Source: a virus (taxonomy: Duplodnaviria; Caudoviricetes). Taken from it: DNA of 32,138 nucleotides. The stretch spans positions 1 through 32,138 of IMG/VR virus record IMGVR_UViG_3300043414_000965; one strand, given 5' to 3'. The notes beneath the pieces were generated by a model. It saw nothing but the letters and a program-made list of their open reading frames with translations. It was not told the origin of the DNA and ran no database searches. The number at the start of each line of letters is the position of its first letter. The first letter of the stretch is position 1. Positions 25,452 through 32,138 of the stretch are shown here, one piece after another. The position numbers and the translations under genes are program-made.

Positions 25452-25480
25452 GTGTGTAGTCGCGGTGACTACACACTTTT
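25452..25480 (+). terminator. Stem-loop plus T-run between hsp20 and clpS (terminator or leader structure)
   Basis: GTGTGTAGTC-gcggt-GACTACACAC-TTTT, perfect 10-bp stem. Confidence 0.65.
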
Positions 25481-25502
25481 ATAACTAACAATATAAACTA
25501 CT

Positions 25503-25808
25503 ATGTCTAAAACAGAAACAAAAATTAAAATCAAGCCTAATCTTGCATTATCCGAGCCTCCATTGTACAAAATCATTTATATCAATGATAATGTAACTAG
25601 CATGGAGTTTGTCGTAGGTAGTTTAATTGATTACTTTAATTACAACCAAGACACCGCACAATCTATTACACATAATATCCATGAAGAGGGTAGTGCAATT
25701 GTTGCTGTTTTGCCCTATGAAATTGCAGAGCAAAAGGGCATTGAGGTTACACTTGACGCACGTAGTCAAGGATTCCCATTACAAGTTAAAGTAGAAGCTG
25801 AGGCCTAA
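25503..25808 (+). CDS. clpS: Clp protease adaptor ClpS
   Basis: PPLYKIIYINDNVTSMEFVV..IHEEG.AIV..YEIAEQK..GFPLQV. Confidence 0.92.
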   Translation: MSKTETKIKIKPNLALSEPPLYKIIYINDNVTSMEFVVGSLIDYFNYNQDTAQSITHNIHEEGSAIVAVLPYEIAEQKGIEVTLDARSQGFPLQVKVEAEA

Positions 25809-26503
25809 ACTGTAACTTCTATTCGTTTAGCCCAATAGGGGTTTCTTTTGAAACAACTATTGTTAATATAGTTGATATCATTAATATTGGTATCAACTAT
25901 TTTTTCATATGTACCATACAACCAATGTGATACTTTAGTTTCAGTGTCAGCTAGTAGGGCAATACTTAAATTAAGTTGCGTATCTATTGTTGAGGGATGT
26001 TCTCCAAAGTATAAATCTATACTGGGAACTGAGTTAGAGACTACTACAATACGTTTAACATCTAAATGTTTTTGTAGTCGTTCAATTGTGTTTTTAAGGT
26101 ATAAGATATCTTCATTGCGATGAACTTCTAATATGCTAGCAGTTGCATCATCATAAACAGTATTACCATACCAACCATTTGCACCGATAATTGCTATTCC
26201 ATCAATAACAACCACATGATGGTGCATTATTGCTAGGTTTCGAACTGGCCTACAGACTTTATGAATTTCTTCCGTTCTTTTTGCAACATCATCTGTGTTG
26301 TGATATTCTAACGAACCTAGCGTATAGAATATACCCTGATAGAATTTAGATAAATGCGATAGGGTTTGCTTAATAGTGCGTAAGTCATCACTAATATTAC
26401 CTGCTATTATACAGTATAAACTAGTTGCTTTGCCTTCCCAATTGAAACTATCCTCGGGGGCTAGATTCAGGTCACTTATTAAGTCAAACCCTATCGTGGT
26501 CAT
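25805..26503 (-). CDS. Calcineurin-like metallophosphoesterase fold protein, catalytically degenerate
   Basis: ISDLNL (DxH), IAGNI (GD), LGSLEY (GNHE), VVSNSVP (THH.P), WLYGTY (GHxH). Confidence 0.7.
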   Translation of the reverse strand: MTTIGFDLISDLNLAPEDSFNWEGKATSLYCIIAGNISDDLRTIKQTLSHLSKFYQGIFYTLGSLEYHNTDDVAKRTEEIHKVCRPVRNLAIMHHHVVVIDGIAIIGANGWYGNTVYDDATASILEVHRNEDILYLKNTIERLQKHLDVKRIVVVSNSVPSIDLYFGEHPSTIDTQLNLSIALLADTETKVSHWLYGTYEKIVDTNINDINYINNSCFKRNPYWAKRIEVTV

Positions 26504-26809
26504 TTATTTTGCGATGCTAATCTTAGGCTTTTTTGCAGTAGGTGCTTTAGCTTTTGCAGGTGTTTTTTCTGCTTTTGGCTTAGCTGGTGCTTTAGCTGCT
26601 GCAGGCTTTGCTGTCTTTGGCTTAGCTGGTGCTTTGGCTTTAGCAGTAGCCTTTTCAGCTACAACTGGAGCAACTACAGGCTCAGGAGCAACTACAGCTG
26701 GAGCTGGTGTTGATTCTACTTTGTAGGGTGCAGGCGTTGCGACTGGCGCGGGTGTTGCTACCGGGGCTGGGGATTCAATCCCGAATAGACTTTTTAGAAA
26801 TTTGATCAT
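26504..26809 (-). CDS. Pro/Ala/Lys-rich low-complexity (histone H1-like tail) protein
   Basis: AAGGAG SD before ATG 26809; PAPVAT and AKAPAKPK repeats; TAAATA on minus strand at 26827-26832. Confidence 0.7.
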   Translation of the reverse strand: MIKFLKSLFGIESPAPVATPAPVATPAPYKVESTPAPAVVAPEPVVAPVVAEKATAKAKAPAKPKTAKPAAAKAPAKPKAEKTPAKAKAPTAKKPKISIAK

Positions 26810-26892
26810 AATTTTCTCCTTCATTGTATTTACTATCGGGCAATAATTCTGTAATTTTTTATTGAATAAATATATGTTGACAGGAGAATAAC

Positions 26893-27624
26893 GTGCCCAT
26901 CCGTAAATCTAAGTTTGATTGGTCTTCACTAAATCGGTATGAATTAACCGAATATGTGTGGTCTCTGTATCCCAAAGTAACTAATAAAGAAATGTCCGTG
27001 GAAAAATTTCACAGGATAATAGGTAATCACATAAAGAAACATATCCCGATTAAGTTAAAAAAATGGGGAGATAGTTGTGTTGATACAAATTGTATTTGGG
27101 TAGGAGGCGCATATTATAGTGATTTAGATAAACAAAAACAAAAATCAATCGAATTGGTCCTAGTTTACAAAAGTAAAAAAGATACAATTAAGATTACACC
27201 AATTAATTTTAAAAGGTCATGTCATACTATTACACATACGATAATGCATGAATTGATTCATATGCGACAATATCGCCGTAGAAAATTCAAAGAATTGCCC
27301 GATTACGCAAGCACAGCAGAAAAAACAGAGCAACGTGAAACACAATCCTATCTTGGAAGTAGTGATGAAATTGATGCGTATGGATTTAATATAGCCTGTG
27401 AATTATTATGGACATTCAAAAATGACAGAAACAAAGTAATTGAATATCTTAATAAAAACCAAAAAGGCCTACGTGGAAATCATAACAGTTGGAGAATGTA
27501 TTTAAAAGCATTTAATCACGACCATGAGCATCCAATAATCAAGCGAGTAAAGCAAAAAGTTGTTAGATATCTTCCAAATGCACTATATGGGAAACCATAC
27601 CGGAACAAAGATTGGATTAGTTAA
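26893..27624 (+). CDS. HExxH zincin-like protein
   Basis: AGGAG SD with GTG start; IMHELIHMRQY..YLGSSDEIDAY; TAAATA 26867-26872. Confidence 0.7.
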   Translation: MPIRKSKFDWSSLNRYELTEYVWSLYPKVTNKEMSVEKFHRIIGNHIKKHIPIKLKKWGDSCVDTNCIWVGGAYYSDLDKQKQKSIELVLVYKSKKDTIKITPINFKRSCHTITHTIMHELIHMRQYRRRKFKELPDYASTAEKTEQRETQSYLGSSDEIDAYGFNIACELLWTFKNDRNKVIEYLNKNQKGLRGNHNSWRMYLKAFNHDHEHPIIKRVKQKVVRYLPNALYGKPYRNKDWIS

Positions 27625-28679
27625 CGTTTAACGTTTGGGTTCTGAACTAGATTACCATTGCGGTCAACAAGTATAACATCCTTTGTACCAGTTGCTCCTA
27701 TACCGCGTGTTAGTGTAACACCTAATGTTCTCAGTCCCGGTAGAGGATTACTTCTTTGTCTATCATTCCTAATGAGCCATACCATTAAATGATCTTCGGG
27801 TATATCTTCTTTAGATTTGATAACGTATTGGCATTGAATAGTAACATTATTATCTTTAGTTACAAAGTTTTCATCTTCAAAAGTTTGAATTACTACTCCA
27901 CCCTTATTTAATAAATCACTGCCAAATATAGCGTTCATTGCTTCTTCCGGTGTAGGTTCAACAACAATTTCTTTAGTTAATTGATAGTATTTTCCCTTAC
28001 GATCAGACACAACGTTTAATTTAACGGCACCTTGCTTTTGTAAATTATCTAAAATTTGTTTAGCTTTTGGTCCAAACAAACTATCAGCACTTTCCCATTG
28101 TTGAGCATTTACTTTTTTTAAACTAATAGGTAAAGAACCAGTAGAACTTGATAATACTACGTCTGCTTTTTTCCTACCAGCAATTTTTGTACTATCATCT
28201 GTTACCTTAGTACAATTTTTAATTCCAAGTTTTGTCCCACGTTTATCTATGAATGTTACATTGATTGGCCCGTAAGTTTCAATAAGACCTCCAAGCATCT
28301 CTACTAAATTAATTTCATTTAATTTACCACTGCTACCACCACCTTGGTCTTTTTTAGCTTTAACTAAAACATAATTGTTACTGTTTGGAAATATTATCCC
28401 TCCCATACTACCAAATTCTCTATCATCGGTATAACTTGCGCCGGGAAATTGTTTTTGTAATACTGCTAACGCACTTTGCATCACTTTATTACGCTGGTTA
28501 CCTATTTTCTCGCCTTCCGGTAACTCAACTAAAATGGTTATTTTACTACCCTTATCTATAACCTCAAATCCTGCATTTTTTAAGGTAGCCATAATGGTTG
28601 CTTTATCCACAACCTGTGATAATTGTGGGTTTGTTGGGGCCTTTTCGACCAAAAGATTTGTAAATTCGTGATATCTCAT
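27621..28679 (-). CDS. Putative virion-internal PD-(D/E)xK nuclease-like protein
   Basis: N-terminus MRYHEFTNLLVE; GKLNE..KKADVVL..PISLKK. Confidence 0.5.
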   Translation of the reverse strand: MRYHEFTNLLVEKAPTNPQLSQVVDKATIMATLKNAGFEVIDKGSKITILVELPEGEKIGNQRNKVMQSALAVLQKQFPGASYTDDREFGSMGGIIFPNSNNYVLVKAKKDQGGGSSGKLNEINLVEMLGGLIETYGPINVTFIDKRGTKLGIKNCTKVTDDSTKIAGRKKADVVLSSSTGSLPISLKKVNAQQWESADSLFGPKAKQILDNLQKQGAVKLNVVSDRKGKYYQLTKEIVVEPTPEEAMNAIFGSDLLNKGGVVIQTFEDENFVTKDNNVTIQCQYVIKSKEDIPEDHLMVWLIRNDRQRSNPLPGLRTLGVTLTRGIGATGTKDVILVDRNGNLVQNPNVKR

Positions 28680-28686
28680 ATATAAT
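28658..28686 (+). promoter_or_regulatory. sigma70-like promoter for clpP
   Basis: TTGTAA-17 nt-TATAAT. Confidence 0.55.
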
Positions 28687-28700
28687 AGTGGTTGATAATA

Positions 28701-28708
28701 TATTTATC
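28701..28708 (-). promoter_or_regulatory. Late-like promoter GATAAATA for the 28679 gene
   Basis: TATTTATC on + strand. Confidence 0.55.
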
Positions 28709-28730
28709 TCATTTTAACAAAAGGAAACTT

Positions 28731-29318
28731 ATGAGTCTAGTCCCAATCGTTTTAGAACAAACAAGCAAAGGTGAGCGTAGTTACGATATCTACAGCCGCA
28801 TGTTGCGTGACCGTGTGATTTTGCTTGAGGGCGAAGTACACGACCAAATGGCAAATCTTATCGTTGCCCAATTACTTTACCTGGAAAGTGAGGGGGATAA
28901 GGCTATTAGTCTTTATATTAACAGTCCGGGCGGTAGTGTAACTGCTGGTATGGCCATCTATGACTGTATGCAATTTATTAAACCTGATGTTATGACTATC
29001 GTTATGGGTCAAGCATGTAGTATGGGAAGTTTACTTGCACAGGCGGGTAGTAAGGGTAAGCGTTATGTGTTGCCAAATTCTCGGCATATGATTCATCAGC
29101 CCTCAGGTGGCGCACGTGGTCAAGCTACTGACATGCTTATCCAGGTAGAAGAAATCCTTGAGATGAAAAGGAACCTCACAAATATCTATGTCAAACACAA
29201 TAGTGCAGGAAAAACCTTTGAACAATTGACCCAAGATATGGAACGGGACAATTTCATGTCAGCGGATCAAGCTGTTGCGTATGGGTTAGCCGATATTGTG
29301 ATGGAAAAACGACAATAA
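28731..29318 (+). CDS. clpP: ATP-dependent Clp protease proteolytic subunit ClpP
   Basis: AAGGA SD; [30 protein letters not shown] (Ser), MIHQP (His), ERDNFM (Asp). Confidence 0.97.
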   Translation: MSLVPIVLEQTSKGERSYDIYSRMLRDRVILLEGEVHDQMANLIVAQLLYLESEGDKAISLYINSPGGSVTAGMAIYDCMQFIKPDVMTIVMGQACSMGSLLAQAGSKGKRYVLPNSRHMIHQPSGGARGQATDMLIQVEEILEMKRNLTNIYVKHNSAGKTFEQLTQDMERDNFMSADQAVAYGLADIVMEKRQ

Positions 29319-29400
29319 GTTGATTAATTATCCTGTTTTGTGTACTATTTCTAAATTTTGCTGTATAATAACAGACTTATCAACTTAAATAGGAGTACCT

Positions 29401-31341
29401 ATGCTTTATTACAATCCCGGTCCAGCAACTGTTCAATCAAACTATGATGAGCAAGAACAGTATTTGCCATTAACAATTCAACAAATTGTTGATAGGGCTA
29501 CATTAGATTCAGATCAACTACACTATTTGTATGATGTAGTATTGCATCAGTTATCAACTGCCCCGGGCAAAACAGTTATCTTGCCAGCCCCAATGGGTTC
29601 AGGCAAGTCACATACACTATTCAATGCTACTATTTTTGGTGCAGTATACAATGATCCTAATTTAAGACTTGTACTTGTTGTCAATCCAAGAGAAGAATTG
29701 AAATCAAATGTTTTGGATGATTTGACATACTTTGGCAATAAAAAAGTTGTCTGCGTAGACGGATCTGAAAAATACATTGCTATTGACAATCAAAAAGAAC
29801 TTGCAGATAGATTGCAATCCTTGTCAAGGGTTCGTGCTGAAAAGCGTGATGACCCCTCAGAGGTAGTTATCGCTTCTGTTAGCATTCAATGGCTTAGTAA
29901 TCATCACAATCGTGTATGCAAACTGTTTACATATGGTTTAGTCATTTTTGATGAGGTGCATGTGGGATTGAAGATTGCATCAAAGAATAGTATTTGGGAA
30001 GATTCAGGTCGCTATCCTAGCAATTCGTTTACACAAACATGGGTACCCATGATGAATAAAATTGCTACCAGCGGTTGGAAATGCCTAGGCATTACAGCGA
30101 CACCTAGCGCAAGTCACCAAGGGCTTACTACTGATGGATTGCAAAAGTTTGAGTTGGTAGCCGATGTTATGCCAAAGCGTAGGGAAAAGAATTGCTTTCC
30201 TAAAATGCATTGGTTCGAAACATTAGAAGATGTATACAACGGATACAAAGAGTTTTGGAGCAAGCATCTTACTGAAACTGAAAAATTAATTAGCAGTATA
30301 GATGCTGACACATGGGATAAGGCAAAAGAGATTAAAATCTTTCCCAAGATGCCGATCTCATTGGTTAAAGCAGGTAGTATCAATGCGTCAAATAGTATTT
30401 CGTTGTTGTCAAACAGTCAAGGATATTTTGGTTACAACAAAAATGCAACTTTGGTCAATGACTTGCAAGCATATAGTCGTGCCTTAGGCAAGCCAAATAT
30501 GTTTGCTGTAAATTCTTCTGAATACAAGTACTTTGAAAAACTAAAGAATTCATACTATATTACTAAACATGGATACCAATTGTCCGATGTTATTGATGAA
30601 TTTAATGATGACACCAATGCATTGCATAGTGCTATCTTGCCAGTTATCAATACAGGTATCGTGGGTGTAAATATTCCACGATTGACTACATTAGCATACT
30701 TGTCGGACCCTAAGAATCCCGGCGAGATTGTTGATTCGCAAATTCAAACATTGGGTAGACTTAATCGTTTCATTGTTAGTGGTATGCGTTCACATGAAGA
30801 AATGCGTGACCAAATCAATTCACTTGATATTTCAGTATCTCAAAAAATTGCATTGTGTCAGTATATGGTTCATTTTTCTACAAATCACATTTTTGCAATT
30901 GATACTGAATTGATGCACAGTGCGGTGTTTGAATATGTTGAAGATACGTTTACACCCGATGAAGGGTTGTCTTACTATATCGGTGCGATGACTGCACATA
31001 GTCCAACTTTTAAAAAGCCACACTTCAGTATGGGATTCAATCCCGGTTCATTGAATCAACAGTACAAGAAAGATTATTGTGAACATTGCACAAGGTTAGG
31101 TTTAGTAAACGAACACGGTGTTACTTATTGTAAAATTTTAGGACGTGTCCTTTCTGAAGATATTGCAAAGTGCAAATTTTCTGATGAAGAATTTGAACAG
31201 CTATGGAAAAAAGCATTGAAATTGGATCATATTAATAGTAGGCGCGATGACAATCGTCCTGAAAATCATTGTACTAGATGCGGCATTAGTGATGCAATCA
31301 AAACTTTGATATGCAAGGACTATTTGACTAGTTATAAGTAG
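29401..31341 (+). CDS. Superfamily 2 (DExH) helicase/ATPase with C-terminal HNH-like nuclease domain
   Basis: APMGSGKS, FDEVH, ITATP, GVNIP, QTLGRLNR; C-terminal CEHC..LDHINS..DNRPENHCTRC. Confidence 0.75.
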   Translation: MLYYNPGPATVQSNYDEQEQYLPLTIQQIVDRATLDSDQLHYLYDVVLHQLSTAPGKTVILPAPMGSGKSHTLFNATIFGAVYNDPNLRLVLVVNPREELKSNVLDDLTYFGNKKVVCVDGSEKYIAIDNQKELADRLQSLSRVRAEKRDDPSEVVIASVSIQWLSNHHNRVCKLFTYGLVIFDEVHVGLKIASKNSIWEDSGRYPSNSFTQTWVPMMNKIATSGWKCLGITATPSASHQGLTTDGLQKFELVADVMPKRREKNCFPKMHWFETLEDVYNGYKEFWSKHLTETEKLISSIDADTWDKAKEIKIFPKMPISLVKAGSINASNSISLLSNSQGYFGYNKNATLVNDLQAYSRALGKPNMFAVNSSEYKYFEKLKNSYYITKHGYQLSDVIDEFNDDTNALHSAILPVINTGIVGVNIPRLTTLAYLSDPKNPGEIVDSQIQTLGRLNRFIVSGMRSHEEMRDQINSLDISVSQKIALCQYMVHFSTNHIFAIDTELMHSAVFEYVEDTFTPDEGLSYYIGAMTAHSPTFKKPHFSMGFNPGSLNQQYKKDYCEHCTRLGLVNEHGVTYCKILGRVLSEDIAKCKFSDEEFEQLWKKALKLDHINSRRDDNRPENHCTRCGISDAIKTLICKDYLTSYK

Positions 31342-31348
31342 CAACATA

Positions 31349-31573
31349 ATGGAAGATTTTCTTAAAAGAAAATTAGATATAGGGGATAGTGTGGTATTCA
31401 TACCACCCTATAGTAAAACAATGACACTGGGCCGTGTTGTTGCTTTCAGTCCCAAGATGGTTCGTGTTATATATCAAGACTGGAAACAGCGAGATATAGA
31501 AGCTAGTCGCAAACCCGGAGAACTTGTCAAAGTTGACGGACCAGATTTAACCATGTATTTGCTCAAAAAATAA
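31349..31573 (+). CDS. Small SH3/KOW-like hypothetical protein
   Basis: LDIGDSVVF..GRVVAFSPKMVRV. Confidence 0.65.
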   Translation: MEDFLKRKLDIGDSVVFIPPYSKTMTLGRVVAFSPKMVRVIYQDWKQRDIEASRKPGELVKVDGPDLTMYLLKK

Positions 31574-31574
31574 C

Positions 31575-31631
31575 TTGACAATAAATGGTTTTGAGTCTAT
31601 AATATAGACTTAGACAGTTAAGAACAGGACT
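31575..31631 (+). repeat. Early promoter/RBS module, copy 3
   Basis: TTGACA-ataaatggttttgagtc-TATAAT-ataga-CTTAGACAGT-taagaacAGGAct. Confidence 0.88.
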
Positions 31632-31636
31632 AAAAA

Positions 31637-31909
31637 ATGCGTACAAAAACAGTGATTGAAGGCTTCAAAAATTCACAAAAATTCCGTGTGATTTTCAAGG
31701 GCGATGGCTCTGAAAACGACATTGGCATGTACATGACGGTCCAGCAAATGACCGAAATGTTTGCTACAGTTAATGCCCGTGCTACATGCTGGGACGCACT
31801 TTTGCAGTTAGCTAATATGCGTTATTTTGCTAAGGTTGACGGGAAACCAGTGCCCTCCGGTCTAGGAACTACTATCCGGGGCAAGCAAATTCAAGTGGAC
31901 CTAGTGTAA
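31637..31909 (+). CDS. Early hypothetical protein
   Basis: Sits between module copies 3 and 4. Confidence 0.7.
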   Translation: MRTKTVIEGFKNSQKFRVIFKGDGSENDIGMYMTVQQMTEMFATVNARATCWDALLQLANMRYFAKVDGKPVPSGLGTTIRGKQIQVDLV

Positions 31910-31914
31910 AAAGG

Positions 31915-31971
31915 TTGACATTAAATGGATTTGGGTGTATAATACAATCTTAGACAGTTAATTAAAGGACT
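31915..31971 (+). repeat. Early promoter/RBS module, copy 4
   Basis: TTGACA-ttaaatggatttgggtg-TATAAT-acaat-CTTAGACAGT-taattaaAGGAct; 4 mismatches vs copy 1 over 57 nt. Confidence 0.9.
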
Positions 31972-31975
31972 CAAA

Positions 31976-32138
31976 ATGACAGATACAGAATTCGACACTA
32001 AATTTGACTACTACGAGACCGTTCGTGAGGAGTTGGGATTGAGTGCTATTTGGTCTATCTTTGAAGTAGAAAATCTCAGCGAACCCCATCCGTTCAAGGA
32101 TGCTAAAATTGTTTCTTACAAGGTCTATCATGGTAAGG
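31976..32138 (+). CDS. Early hypothetical protein, 3'-truncated by the window
   Basis: ATG after module copy 4; MTDTEFDTKFDYYETVREELGLSAIWSIFEVENLSEPHPF.. open to the end. Confidence 0.65.
   Translation, partial: MTDTEFDTKFDYYETVREELGLSAIWSIFEVENLSEPHPFKDAKIVSYKVYHGK

Noticed and set aside
25452-25480. tRNA or tRNA fragment
   Set aside because: Single hairpin only; no cloverleaf or T-loop GTTCRA context
23452-29318. Bacterial chromosome origin suggested by clpX/clpP/clpS/rpsU
   Set aside because: No tig-clpP-clpX-lon or clpS-clpA synteny; interspersed with phage-type genes and TAAATA late boxes
1-32138. Alternative genetic code (stop-codon reassignment) as in some large phages
   Set aside because: Conserved genes are full length in code 11; TGA ends the ligase and TAG ends hsp20 at expected positions

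Overview
AT-rich, gene-dense segment of a large dsDNA tailed bacteriophage (jumbo or T4-like myovirus type), read with the standard genetic code. The host is probably a betaproteobacterium, inferred from the bS21 C-terminus. Recognisable genes: GalE-like epimerase (partial), UvsE, a free-standing HNH/NUMOD3 homing endonuclease, RNase H/5'-3' exonuclease, ATP-dependent DNA ligase, a proteostasis/translation cluster (clpX-rpsU-hsp20-clpS, clpP 3 kb further on) and an SF2 helicase-HNH fusion. The rest is mostly small hypothetical ORFs. Two promoter classes are visible: consensus sigma70 promoters (four of them inside a repeated ~57-bp module) and T4-late-like TAAATA boxes. Most notable: (i) four minus-strand late genes share a T4 capsid-targeting-like N-terminus and carry enzyme-like cargo (ART-like, GP88-like, PD-(D/E)xK-like); (ii) a ROSE-like RNA thermometer precedes hsp20; (iii) two phosphoesterase-fold genes have lost nearly all catalytic ligands; (iv) a DfrB/R67-DHFR-like mini-protein; (v) an unannotated entericidin-like lipoprotein; (vi) apparently leaderless transcripts in a bS21-encoding phage. 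No tRNA, rRNA or CRISPR array was seen. All family calls come from motif recognition by eye, not from database searches.
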